Origin: an uncultured Verrucomicrobiae bacterium
Lineage (GTDB): Bacteria > Verrucomicrobiota > Verrucomicrobiia > Chthoniobacterales > UBA10450
NCBI GenBank assembly: GCA_963815455.1
Contig: CAWFGO010000003.1
Coordinates: forward strand, 96,001 to 160,000
Direction: 5' to 3'
DNA: 64,000 nucleotides
In this document: positions 41,993-50,767 of the stretch, piece after piece
Position numbering within the stretch: position 1 is the first letter of the stretch
Layout: each line of letters begins with the position of its first letter
Position numbers and translations under genes: made by a program
Notes under the pieces: generated by a model
The model's input: only the letters and a program-made list of their open reading frames with translations
What the model was told of the DNA's origin: nothing
The model's database searches: none

Positions 41993-42834
41993 GACGTGAC
42001 CGAAAAGCAGGTAAGCAACTGACTGATCTGCTCCCGCATTTTCTTGCGGTGCACAATCATGTCGATCAAGCCATGGTCGAGCAAGAACTCAGCAGTTTGA
42101 AATCCCTGCGGCAAATCCTGGTGAGTGGTTTCTTTGATGACCCGGGGACCGGCAAAACCGATCATGCTCTTGGGCTCGGCCATGATGACATCGCCTAACG
42201 ATGCGAAACTGGCCATGACGCCGGCAGTGGTCGGATTGGTGAGCACAGAAATGTAGGGAAGCCGTTGCTCGGCATGGCGGGCCAATGCTCCGCTGGTCTT
42301 GGCCATCTGCATCAGGCTCAACATTCCTTCATACATCCGTGCTCCGCCGGAGGCGGAGACGATGATGACCGCCGCCCGGTTGGCCGTGCCGTATTCGATG
42401 GTGCGAGTGATTCGTTCACCGACAACCGAACCCATGGTCGCGGCAAGAAAACTGAAATCCATCACCGCAATCGCCACTTTGTACCCGTCGATGATCCCGT
42501 GCCCGCTGATGACGGCGTCGATCAATCCGGTATCCTGCTGATACTTCTTGAGCCGATCCTTGTAGCTCGCCATCCCATGGAAACGCAGGGTGTCTACCGA
42601 TCTCAAATCGGCATCCATTTCCACGAAACTTTGTGGATCGAGAAGCTGACCGATCCGCTCCTTGGCCGATTGGGCGAAATGATGATCGCAGCTCGGGCAG
42701 ACCCGTTGGTTCTCAGCCAGTTGGATTTCGCTCACCACTTCGCCGCATCCCGGGCATTTCTGGAAAACGCCCTCGGGAATCGCGCGTTTCCTGCCGCCGT
42801 CACCGCCAAATGGTGGTTTCTTAAAAATCGCCAT
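41989..42834 (-). CDS. accD: Acetyl-CoA carboxylase carboxyltransferase beta
   Basis: Zn-finger CxxC pairs; SGGARM and GFAGPRVI motifs. Confidence 0.96.
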   Translation of the reverse strand: MAIFKKPPFGGDGGRKRAIPEGVFQKCPGCGEVVSEIQLAENQRVCPSCDHHFAQSAKERIGQLLDPQSFVEMDADLRSVDTLRFHGMASYKDRLKKYQQDTGLIDAVISGHGIIDGYKVAIAVMDFSFLAATMGSVVGERITRTIEYGTANRAAVIIVSASGGARMYEGMLSLMQMAKTSGALARHAEQRLPYISVLTNPTTAGVMASFASLGDVIMAEPKSMIGFAGPRVIKETTHQDLPQGFQTAEFLLDHGLIDMIVHRKKMREQISQLLTCFSVTS

Positions 42835-42840
42835 GGAAAT

Positions 42841-43569
42841 TTACGCCCGTGCCGCTGTAGCCGCATGAACCGAGACCGCGCCGGCAGCCTTCAGGACCCG
42901 GGCGCACTCGCTCAATGTCGAGCCGGTTGTTAACACATCATCGATCAGAAGCACGTGCAAATCTCGCACGTCCATGTTTTTTCGTAAACGGAAGGCATTA
43001 TGCAAATTTTCCATCCGCTCGGCCCGGTCGAATGCCGTCTGAGTGGTGGTGTAACGGATGCGTTCCAGGACGGGAACCAATTGGATCGACATCTTCTCAC
43101 TCAACAATTCCGCCAGCAACGTCGCCTGATTGAAACCGCGCTCGCGTTGCCGCGCCGGATGCAACGGTACCGCTACCATGACATCGAAATGCCGGCCGCG
43201 AAGACGGACATCGTCGAGCGCTTTGCCGAGCCAGCCGGCTACGACGTGGCGCAGATGCATTTGATGGCCGTACTTAAAATCATGAATGAGCCGGCGAACA
43301 ATTCCGCGACTCCTATAGACAGCAACCGCTGCGTCGAAGTGAATTGTCCGGTGCGCGCAATTCGCGCAGGTGAAAGCTTCGGTGATCGCGCCGGGAAACG
43401 GCTGAGAACACAACTCGCAGAATGGCGGCACAATCGGAGTCGTTTTCGATTCGCAATCCTGGCAGAGATACTCGCCGGCGGGAACGGCCTCGGCGCAGAT
43501 CGTGCAAACCGGCGGATAAAGCAGCGATATGATCGCTCCGAGATTTTTAAGCCTGCCGAGCGCGACCAT
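42841..43569 (-). CDS. comF: ComF family double-zinc-ribbon phosphoribosyltransferase
   Basis: CxxC ribbons, RGFNQA and IDDVLTTGST motifs. Confidence 0.9.
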   Translation of the reverse strand: MVALGRLKNLGAIISLLYPPVCTICAEAVPAGEYLCQDCESKTTPIVPPFCELCSQPFPGAITEAFTCANCAHRTIHFDAAVAVYRSRGIVRRLIHDFKYGHQMHLRHVVAGWLGKALDDVRLRGRHFDVMVAVPLHPARQRERGFNQATLLAELLSEKMSIQLVPVLERIRYTTTQTAFDRAERMENLHNAFRLRKNMDVRDLHVLLIDDVLTTGSTLSECARVLKAAGAVSVHAATAARA

Positions 43570-44422
43570 ATAAGAAATGAATTAGCAGCCAGGTCAACGC
43601 CGCGACCCCAAGCGGCACAATTCCAACCAGCAGGTTTTTCCCCAACCAGGGAAGAGCAAGAATTTCCCGACGCGTCATCGCGTTGAAGATTCCCGCGGCA
43701 AGGACCCAGCCCGCATGCAGTCCAATCGGCAGCCACAGCGAGCGGGTCCGCACCCGGGCGTCGGCCAGGATCCAGCCAATCAGGAATAACGTCGTGAACG
43801 CGGCGGCCACGAACATCGGGTCGGCAAACTGGGCAAACGAATGGGCTATCGAATTGAAACCCGAAGTCCAGGTAACGATTGTCGATGTTCGCTCGGGCGC
43901 TTTAAGGAAATGCACCACCGCGAATAGCGCCGAAGTGGCGAAGATCGACAGGTAAACGCGACCGCTTCTCAAGAGAATTCCCAAGATCAAGCCGCGAAAA
44001 AAGGCTTCCTCTATTAAAGACACCGCAATTGCGGCCAGCGCGGTTCGCCCGAAAACGGGCCAGAGAAATCCGGGACGCAGGGAAAAAACGTGGAGGGCGA
44101 CAAAAACTGCGCCACAGCAGAGCAGGGGAATTGCAGCGAAAAAGAAACCTGCCGCCACGTCGCGCAACCAAACTGGATTTGACTCCAGACCAAGGTCGGC
44201 CATGCGCCGAACATTCATTGACCGAAAAAATGGCCAGAGCAGAGCCACTGCCGCCACGAGCAGTGCGCGATGGAAGTAGGTCTCGAAATCGAACCTGGCC
44301 AGAAACGGAGTCCAGCCTTGCCCGATCGCCCATTGCCCCAACCAGAAAAGAGGCGGCGCCAGCAACGCCCCGATCAGGATCGTTCCGGCAAAATAGCCCA
44401 CCAATCTGGCTGCGTCTTTCAA
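43547..44422 (-). CDS. CPBP (CAAX/Abi) intramembrane metalloprotease
   Basis: EEAFFRG, FAVVH and LHAGW motifs. Confidence 0.9.
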   Translation of the reverse strand: MKDAARLVGYFAGTILIGALLAPPLFWLGQWAIGQGWTPFLARFDFETYFHRALLVAAVALLWPFFRSMNVRRMADLGLESNPVWLRDVAAGFFFAAIPLLCCGAVFVALHVFSLRPGFLWPVFGRTALAAIAVSLIEEAFFRGLILGILLRSGRVYLSIFATSALFAVVHFLKAPERTSTIVTWTSGFNSIAHSFAQFADPMFVAAAFTTLFLIGWILADARVRTRSLWLPIGLHAGWVLAAGIFNAMTRREILALPWLGKNLLVGIVPLGVAALTWLLIHFLYGRARQA

Positions 44423-44698
44423 GGCTGCATTCCTTTCTCAAAGATTGAACGCGCACCTTTCAACGTTCAATGCCGAAAGCAATCCGTTGGATGTTGAAAG
44501 GAATATTTCGAAGCGCGATTAGGGTTGCATTGATTTGACGGACCCGCCTTCGAGGCTACGGCGCGGCAAGCAGTGGGCTAAAGGGGCAATTCAGTTCAGA
44601 CGGTTGCTCCCAATCTGCGTAGATCTGCGAAATCTGCGGTCAAAAGGTCCCTGAGTTCATGCTTTCCTTAGGGGCTGCTAGTGTAAGATTTCCCTGCG

Positions 44699-44959
44699 AT
44701 GCGGAGTCAACACGTATGGAAGGAGAAGGATGAGGAAGGCCGAAAACGCGAAGTCCGCGCGACCAAGTTCGGCGGCGACTGGCGGCTGCAGTCAAAGACC
44801 GACGGCGACCTGGAATGGACCTACTACGATGTCCCGCTACTGGAGGATTTGAAGACGTTAAAAGACATCGTCTTTCGAAAATATCAGCGCCGGCGCGCCT
44901 CGGCCGAAGACGTGGCGTCGATCGAGAAGCTTATCAAGGAGCAAAGCCGCGATGACTAG
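44699..44959 (+). CDS. Hypothetical protein
   Basis: Clean 86-aa ORF with a TAAGAT box 9 nt upstream. Confidence 0.7.
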   Translation: MRSQHVWKEKDEEGRKREVRATKFGGDWRLQSKTDGDLEWTYYDVPLLEDLKTLKDIVFRKYQRRRASAEDVASIEKLIKEQSRDD

Positions 44960-45008
44960 TCTTGTTCTCGGGATTGCCAGCACGATCAAATGATGTAATG
45001 ATGCTTAA

Positions 45009-45269
45009 ATGAGGACAACAATAAGCATCAGTGATGCCCTTCTTAAGGAGGTGCGCCGGCGCGCTGGAGCAACGGGTCAGCCGTTTCGCAAGGCCCTCGA
45101 AGAGGTAATCTCGCTCGGCCTTGCTTCATCAAAACGGACGCCGGCGAAGCGACGCATCCGCATTCGGCCAAGGGCAGTCGGGCTCAAGTCTGTCTATGGC
45201 AAGATGAGCCTCAATCAACTGTACGATCAAATTGAAGCCGAGCGCGGGGCGATGAAATCCCGAGGTTAA
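45009..45269 (+). CDS. VapB-type antitoxin (RHH)
   Basis: MRTTISISDALL N-terminus; directly upstream of a PIN gene. Confidence 0.85.
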   Translation: MRTTISISDALLKEVRRRAGATGQPFRKALEEVISLGLASSKRTPAKRRIRIRPRAVGLKSVYGKMSLNQLYDQIEAERGAMKSRG

Positions 45270-45271
45270 TC

Positions 45272-45703
45272 GTGATTGTACCCGACACGAACGTGCTGAT
45301 CTACGCTTACGATTCGACATCGTCTCTGCATCCGGCGGCGCGGCGCTGGTGGGAGAAAGCGCTTTCTGGCACCGAGGCGGTGGGAATTCCGTGGGTCGTT
45401 GTTTTGGCGTTCGTCCGCCTAATCACTCATCCAACTTTGTCGGAGCATCCGTTCACCGTTGGCGAAGCTGAAAGCGCAGTGGGGGAGTGGCTCGATTGTG
45501 ATCCCGTAAGGCTTCTGATTCCTCAAGAAACGACCCTAAAACGGTTCTTTGCCTTGCTCGAGAAGGCGGGGCTGGGCGGAAACCTGGCTACAGATGCGCT
45601 GATTGCCGCGCATGCGGAGGACTTTGGCGGGACGGTTTACTCGACCGACCGGGATTTTAGTCGTTTTTCGCCGGTGCAATGGCAGAATCCGCTGGAGCCT
45701 TGA
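45272..45703 (+). CDS. vapC: VapC PIN-domain ribonuclease toxin
   Basis: DTNVLIYA, DALIAA and STDRDF motifs. Confidence 0.92.
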   Translation: MIVPDTNVLIYAYDSTSSLHPAARRWWEKALSGTEAVGIPWVVVLAFVRLITHPTLSEHPFTVGEAESAVGEWLDCDPVRLLIPQETTLKRFFALLEKAGLGGNLATDALIAAHAEDFGGTVYSTDRDFSRFSPVQWQNPLEP

Positions 45704-45927
45704 GCAACGCCTGCTCTTTATTGGATAACTAACCCTGGCGATCTGGCTGGGTTCGGCCGGCGGAGCTGGCGAATGTTTGCAACCGTGCACGAATCGATGC
45801 TTCCAGACATGACGATAAAGGCCTGCTGGAAATTATGTTCCGATCGCTATTACGCTAATCCCTGAGAAAATGTGGAGCCGAACCGAGGAAGCGATTCGCC
45901 AATTAGGGCGCGACCTCCGCCGAAGAA

Positions 45928-46668
45928 ATGTCGAAAAAACTGCGTCTTGATCAGCTTTTAGTGGCAGGCGGGTTCTTCGCCAGCCGGGAACAGGCCCAGC
46001 GCGCGGTCATGGCGGGCGAGGTGAAGATCGGGACGGAGATCGCGGCCAAGCCGTCCCAGCTTGTCGATCCTGATGCAGAGATCATCGTTGAAGCGCCGCC
46101 GAAGTTTGTCGGACGCGGCGGGTTGAAGCTGGAAGGCGCGCTCGATCATTTCAAGATCGACATCGCGGGAAAAACCGCGCTCGACATCGGCGCCTCGACC
46201 GGCGGGTTCACCGATTGCCTGCTCCAGCGTGGCGCGGTGAAAGTTTATGCCGTGGACGTCGGGCACGGTCAATTGGATTGGAAAATTCGCAACGATCCGC
46301 GGGTGATCGTGATGGAGAAAGTAAATGCGCGGTTGTTGTCGGGCGACCACGTCCCCGAGGCGGTCGATCTTTGCGTGATCGACGTTTCCTTCATTTCGCT
46401 TACATTGATCCTCCCCAGGGTATTCAAATTGATCGCTTCAAACGGTACCGTTCTCGCCTTAATCAAGCCGCAGTTTGAATTGCAACGCGCGGATGTCGGG
46501 GGTGGGGGAATCGTTCGCGAACCGGAGTTGCATAAGAAGGCGCAAGACAAGATCGTTGGGTTCGTGACTAACCTCGGCTACACCGTTATCGGAATCGTTC
46601 CATCCGCCATCACCGGCGCCGACGGCAATCAGGAATTTTTCGCATGCATCCGAAAACGATCGGCATAA
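45928..46668 (+). CDS. tlyA: TlyA family rRNA methyltransferase
   Basis: S4 domain; DIGASTGGFTD, DVSFIS and KPQFE motifs. Confidence 0.95.
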   Translation: MSKKLRLDQLLVAGGFFASREQAQRAVMAGEVKIGTEIAAKPSQLVDPDAEIIVEAPPKFVGRGGLKLEGALDHFKIDIAGKTALDIGASTGGFTDCLLQRGAVKVYAVDVGHGQLDWKIRNDPRVIVMEKVNARLLSGDHVPEAVDLCVIDVSFISLTLILPRVFKLIASNGTVLALIKPQFELQRADVGGGGIVREPELHKKAQDKIVGFVTNLGYTVIGIVPSAITGADGNQEFFACIRKRSA

Positions 46669-47510
46669 TCGCGCACACGGGAAAACCCGGCGTGGCCGAT
46701 CTGGTTAACGCCGTGGTCGAGGAGTTTTCTCGCTTTTCGATGTCGTTCATGCTGGAGAAAGCAACGGCCGCCATCGCGGGCCAGAAGTCGGATTATTCGA
46801 TAGCCGAGCTCGGCGCTGCGGCGGACCTTCTCGTCGTTGTCGGAGGTGACGGGACAATCCTCCATGTCGTCGGCGAGCTGGGCGATGCGATCAAACCCAT
46901 CTTCGGGATCAACGTCGGCTCGCTCGGTTTCCTCACCTGCGCGAATTCCAGCGCCTATCGCGACGCGGTGGAGTCCATTGCCAAAGATCGAATTAATTTT
47001 AGTCAGCGCGCATTGCTTGAAGCGCGGGTGAGGCTCGGCGAAAAACAAACCGCCAAAATGTTCGCGTTGAACGACGCAGTTCTGAGCCGGGGCGAACTTT
47101 CCCGTCTGGTCCAGTTGCGGACCTGGGTCAACGGCGAAGTCCTCACCGAATTCAATGCCGACGGTTTGGTCGTCGCCACGCCGACCGGTTCTACCGCTTA
47201 TTCGCTTTCGGCCGGCGGACCGATTCTCGATCCGGAATCGGGAGTTTTTGTCATCACGCCGATCTGTCCGCATGTGCTCACCAATCGCTCGATCATCGTG
47301 GCCCAAACATCGACAATCGAAATCGAAGCGAGCGATCCGGATTACCCGGTGTTCCTGACTCTGGACGGGCGTCCGCCGATTCATGTCGAACGAGGATCGA
47401 CAGTCACGATTCGCAAAGCGAAAAAAACTTTGCCGTTGGCGGCATTGCCCGACGCCTCGTTCTTTAGCGTGGTGCGCCAGAAACTAAAATGGCGCGGCAG
47501 CAACGTGTAA
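46644..47510 (+). CDS. nadK: NAD(+) kinase
   Basis: GGDGT, LND and TPTGSTAYSLSAGG motifs. Confidence 0.95.
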   Translation: MHPKTIGIIAHTGKPGVADLVNAVVEEFSRFSMSFMLEKATAAIAGQKSDYSIAELGAAADLLVVVGGDGTILHVVGELGDAIKPIFGINVGSLGFLTCANSSAYRDAVESIAKDRINFSQRALLEARVRLGEKQTAKMFALNDAVLSRGELSRLVQLRTWVNGEVLTEFNADGLVVATPTGSTAYSLSAGGPILDPESGVFVITPICPHVLTNRSIIVAQTSTIEIEASDPDYPVFLTLDGRPPIHVERGSTVTIRKAKKTLPLAALPDASFFSVVRQKLKWRGSNV

Positions 47511-47533
47511 GGAGGCGGACGCGAAGCGACCGT

Positions 47534-47557
47534 TGTAGCCGCGGGCGCTGACCGCGG
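47534..47557. repeat. GTAG-type REP between convergent genes
   Basis: TGTAGCCGCGGGCGCTGACCGCGG, identical to 54390-54413. Confidence 0.85.
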
Positions 47558-47571
47558 ATCTTCTCAGCCGG

Positions 47572-48390
47572 TCACCCATCACCCTTCTTGAATCTCCAAT
47601 CCGAGCAATCCCAGCCTAGCAACGCTTCCAGTTTGGCGATGTCTTCCTTAAAAATCGCCGAAACGTGTTCGCGCTCCTCCGGGGTCATTTTTCGCTGATA
47701 CGGTCCGACGTTGCGCTCCCGATTCTTGAGACCAGGCAAACGCTTGACGCCGAGGAAATCGAACACTGAATCGACCGTGCCGGAATAATCGCGGCGATAG
47801 TTTTCGTATTTGATAATGAGAACCTGCTCGCGCGGAAAAAATCGGAAGACCCGCTCGATCTGGCTGGAATACCGGCCGCGATCGACATAGGCGAAGCGCC
47901 GATATTCCAGCGAAAAATCTTTGATCGGCTGTGACTGGTCTCGCTTGATCGCATCCAAAAAATCATCCGGCTCCTGATTCTTGGCCTTCCGCATGTTCCA
48001 ATGGGAAAAAGCGCGATCGGCCGGATTTCGAAGCGAAACGATGATCTTCATCTGCGGGTTGTAGCAGGCAATTCTCTCCATTGCCGGTTTCCAATAGACG
48101 TAGTCGGAGGTGACCTCGCCGGCGATTTGCCATCGGCGGGCGGGGTCGAAATTGCTCAGCAGGACATTGTAATCGGGCGGGCCCTGAAAATTTTCTTCCT
48201 TATCGAAAAAATGCAGCGCTTGATCGCGCGGCAGGGCGATGTGCGGATGTTTCGCGATGAAGTAATGCAACGCAGTGGTGCCGGCCTTCTGAACGCCGGC
48301 CACAATAAAATCGACATGATCGATCTTGCGTCGTCGCCACGTGGAAGAGGTCGGAGTGGGAACAGTTTGAGAACGGGCTGCGCCGGGCAT
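47572..48390 (-). CDS. PAPS-dependent sulfotransferase
   Basis: GVQKAGTT (5'-PSB) and LRNPADRAFS (3'-PB). Confidence 0.9.
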   Translation of the reverse strand: MPGAARSQTVPTPTSSTWRRRKIDHVDFIVAGVQKAGTTALHYFIAKHPHIALPRDQALHFFDKEENFQGPPDYNVLLSNFDPARRWQIAGEVTSDYVYWKPAMERIACYNPQMKIIVSLRNPADRAFSHWNMRKAKNQEPDDFLDAIKRDQSQPIKDFSLEYRRFAYVDRGRYSSQIERVFRFFPREQVLIIKYENYRRDYSGTVDSVFDFLGVKRLPGLKNRERNVGPYQRKMTPEEREHVSAIFKEDIAKLEALLGWDCSDWRFKKGDG

Positions 48391-48460
48391 TTCAGCGCAA
48401 CCTTAGCGCGATCTTTACCCGGGGGCGATCACGAGTTACATTCGGGGACAGTCGTTACCG

Positions 48461-49459
48461 ATGAATCTCGCTCCCAGAATCTTGGCCAGATGCCTTCCCG
48501 CGATTCTGCTTATCGCCGGGCATGTGGCAGCAATCGCGGCTTCAAAGGATGAAGCGCGCGTAACCCGAGTGATCCGCAATGTGGAGCTTCTGCCGCCTCA
48601 ATCCAAGGCCAAAGCGGCCTCCGTTAACGACACGGTAGATGAAGACACCAGCGTGCGCACAGGGGAAAAGTCGCGCTCGGAGCTGACTTTCACGGATCTA
48701 ACCATCACCCGCCTTGGCGCGAACACGATTTTTTCGTTCAACAAAGCCGGCCACGATGTCCAATTGAACGCCGGCAGCGTGCTCCTTTACGTGCCCAAGG
48801 ACTCCGGCGGCGCGCACATGGCGACGGAGGCCGTGTCGGTCGCGATTACCGGGTCCACCGCGATCCTTACCGCGACACGTCGCGGTCGCAGCTTGCTCAC
48901 CATGTTGGAAGACGGCGCTCGCGTCTCCCTGATCAAGCATCCGCGGGAATCGGTTTATGTTCGCCAGGGTCAGATGGTGAATGTCCCGCCCGGCGCGACC
49001 AAAATGCCGCGGCCAATCAATATCAATGTTAAGCAGGCCATGAAATCGCCACTGATCACCGATTTCTCGCCCTTGCCGAGTCAGAATGCGATTCTGGCCG
49101 GGTCAAACAACCCGCCGGTTTACCGATCAAATCCAGTCGGACCAGGTCCGGGCCCTGGTGGGCCCATTGTTGGGCAACCGGTAGGGGGCGGTTATCCGGC
49201 ATATCCACCTGGCCATTCCCACCAACCGCCGGTGGTTGTCGTCAATCCGGACTACCCTGACAAGCCCGGCAAGCACAAGAAACATCACAAACCAAACCCG
49301 GACTATCCGGATAAGCCCGGCAAACACAAAAAGCCAGGCAAACCAAAGCCCACGCCGACACCGGGCGGTCACGACGGAGGCAAAGGGCATACCAAGAAGC
49401 CGTCTAAACGTCCCGGACCCAAGCCGACGCCGACGCCACGGCCACATCAGATACCGTAG
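48461..49459 (+). CDS. Secreted FecR-domain protein with a Pro/Lys/His-rich tail
   Basis: VRTGEKSRSELTFTDLTITRLGANT; tail contains NPDYPDKPGKHKK twice. Confidence 0.8.
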   Translation: MNLAPRILARCLPAILLIAGHVAAIAASKDEARVTRVIRNVELLPPQSKAKAASVNDTVDEDTSVRTGEKSRSELTFTDLTITRLGANTIFSFNKAGHDVQLNAGSVLLYVPKDSGGAHMATEAVSVAITGSTAILTATRRGRSLLTMLEDGARVSLIKHPRESVYVRQGQMVNVPPGATKMPRPININVKQAMKSPLITDFSPLPSQNAILAGSNNPPVYRSNPVGPGPGPGGPIVGQPVGGGYPAYPPGHSHQPPVVVVNPDYPDKPGKHKKHHKPNPDYPDKPGKHKKPGKPKPTPTPGGHDGGKGHTKKPSKRPGPKPTPTPRPHQIP

Positions 49460-49497
49460 TGAAGTGGCGGAGTGAGGGTGGTCGATTTCTCATACGC

Positions 49498-49513
49498 AAG
49501 CTGGCCCAACACC
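49498..49513. repeat. Orphan IS end (IRR-type) next to the element
   Basis: AAGCTGGCCCAACACC, identical to 52572-52587. Confidence 0.85.
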
Positions 49514-49522
49514 TAGCGACTG

Positions 49523-50377
49523 GTGTTGGGCCAGCTTGGGCCTAGTAATTATAAGGCTGGACTGGTAAGCCTTTGGGACATGCTGCAAGCGTACGCGCGA
49601 ATCTTCATTTCAGCGACGGAGGAACTTCAAAACATCAGGCTCGGGCTGATGATCACCATGTACGATGATCCCGACGACGCCTATTCCGTTAAACGATTTT
49701 CCGAAGATGCCTGCGGAAGACTAAAGGACATTTTGGCGTATTTGGCGCAATGTTGCGCCATTGTAGGATTGACCCAGACCAGGCACTTGGCATTGAAGCT
49801 CGCCGAGGCGGCGAAATCTGGCATGAACGTAGATGAACTGGACGCGACGATTGATGCGATTCAAGAGGTAGCCAAGAACGAACTAGCAGAGAAAAAGTTT
49901 TTATACGTCCCTAACGAACGCACCGCTTATTATAACAATAAATCGCTTTGCGGAGAGCTGGTAGCAGCCAAGTTTCCGAAGGCCGTACCGGACATCATGG
50001 AGGCCGGGAACTGTTATGCGCTAGGGCGACCAACGGCGTGCGTCTTTCATCTAATGCGGGTCATTCCCTACGGGATGGAGGTTTTAGCCAAGAAGCTGAA
50101 GGTCAAATATAAGTTTCCGGTCGAATGCCAGGATTGGAACGGCATCATACAGCCTATTGAGAAGGCGCTAAAAGAAATGCAGCAACTCGCCCGATCACCG
50201 AAGAAAACCGCAGATCTAAAATATTACTCGGAAATTGCTCAACATTTGACCTTTTGCAAAGACGCATGGCGAAACCACGTCTCGCACGCCCGTGATCCTT
50301 ATGACATGCCACAAGCACGGAGCGTCATGGATCATGTGGGCCACGTAATGCGTCTGCTTGCGGAGCGGATGAAATGA
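49523..50377 (+). CDS. HEPN-domain protein (predicted RNase), transposon cargo; start uncertain (ATG at 49580)
   Basis: EAGNCYALGRPTACVFHLMR helix and C-terminal RNHVSH (RxxxxH). Confidence 0.7.
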   Translation: MLGQLGPSNYKAGLVSLWDMLQAYARIFISATEELQNIRLGLMITMYDDPDDAYSVKRFSEDACGRLKDILAYLAQCCAIVGLTQTRHLALKLAEAAKSGMNVDELDATIDAIQEVAKNELAEKKFLYVPNERTAYYNNKSLCGELVAAKFPKAVPDIMEAGNCYALGRPTACVFHLMRVIPYGMEVLAKKLKVKYKFPVECQDWNGIIQPIEKALKEMQQLARSPKKTADLKYYSEIAQHLTFCKDAWRNHVSHARDPYDMPQARSVMDHVGHVMRLLAERMK

Positions 50378-50393
50378 ATTACATAATGGAATC

Positions 50394-50561
50394 ATGGCAG
50401 AGCGCGACGCAAGCCAAGAGGCGCTGGAGCAAGTCCAGAAGATTACCGAGTCAGAGCCGGTCAACGGCGAGGACTTGCTTGGCTCCGACGATCTCAAGCG
50501 CCAGTTACGCGAGGCCAAGGAACGCGAGGCAAAGCGTTCATCTGAGCCACCGCGCAAGTAG
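50394..50561 (+). CDS. 55-aa charged hypothetical protein (below the ORF-track cutoff)
   Basis: Hand translation MAERDASQEALEQVQKITESEPVNGEDLLGSDDLKRQLREAKEREAKRSSEPPRK. Confidence 0.5.
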   Translation: MAERDASQEALEQVQKITESEPVNGEDLLGSDDLKRQLREAKEREAKRSSEPPRK

Positions 50562-50705
50562 CCGGTCCAGAAGGCCGCTAAAGTTCGTTTCCCGCTTTTT
50601 CGCCCGTTTCACGTTGTCCTCTGTCAGGGTGACGAGATACGCCTTTTTGCCCTCTGGCGGGCGGCCTGCGCCCTCTCGTTTCCCTCCTTGTTTAGGTCGT
50701 TTCAT
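50538..50705 (-). CDS. 55-aa putative DNA-binding protein (GGxRxGAGRP plus RHH-like)
   Basis: Hand translation MKRPKQGGKREGAGRPPEGKKAYLVTLTEDNVKRAKKRETNFSGLLDRLLARWLR. Confidence 0.7.
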   Translation of the reverse strand: MKRPKQGGKREGAGRPPEGKKAYLVTLTEDNVKRAKKRETNFSGLLDRLLARWLR

Positions 50706-50708
50706 GCT

Positions 50709-50764
50709 TGAAAAGATATATACGAATTATGTTGACGCAAATTGATTATCTATATATCTTTTCA
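50709..50764. promoter_or_regulatory. Symmetric divergent promoter/operator
   Basis: Perfect 14-bp inverted repeat TGAAAAGATATATA / TATATATCTTTTCA; TTGACG-N17-TATCTT ending 7 nt before the transposase ATG. Confidence 0.7.
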
Positions 50765-50767
50765 GCC

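Noticed and set aside
45009..45703. vapBC as part of a mobile element
   Set aside because: No flanking repeats or mobility gene seen; an ordinary stand-alone TA pair.
49464..49490. TGGCGGAGTGAGGG resembles the reverse complement of a tRNA-Ser 3' end (possible att site)
   Set aside because: No T-arm or cloverleaf, no second copy seen, and no integrase; too short to support.
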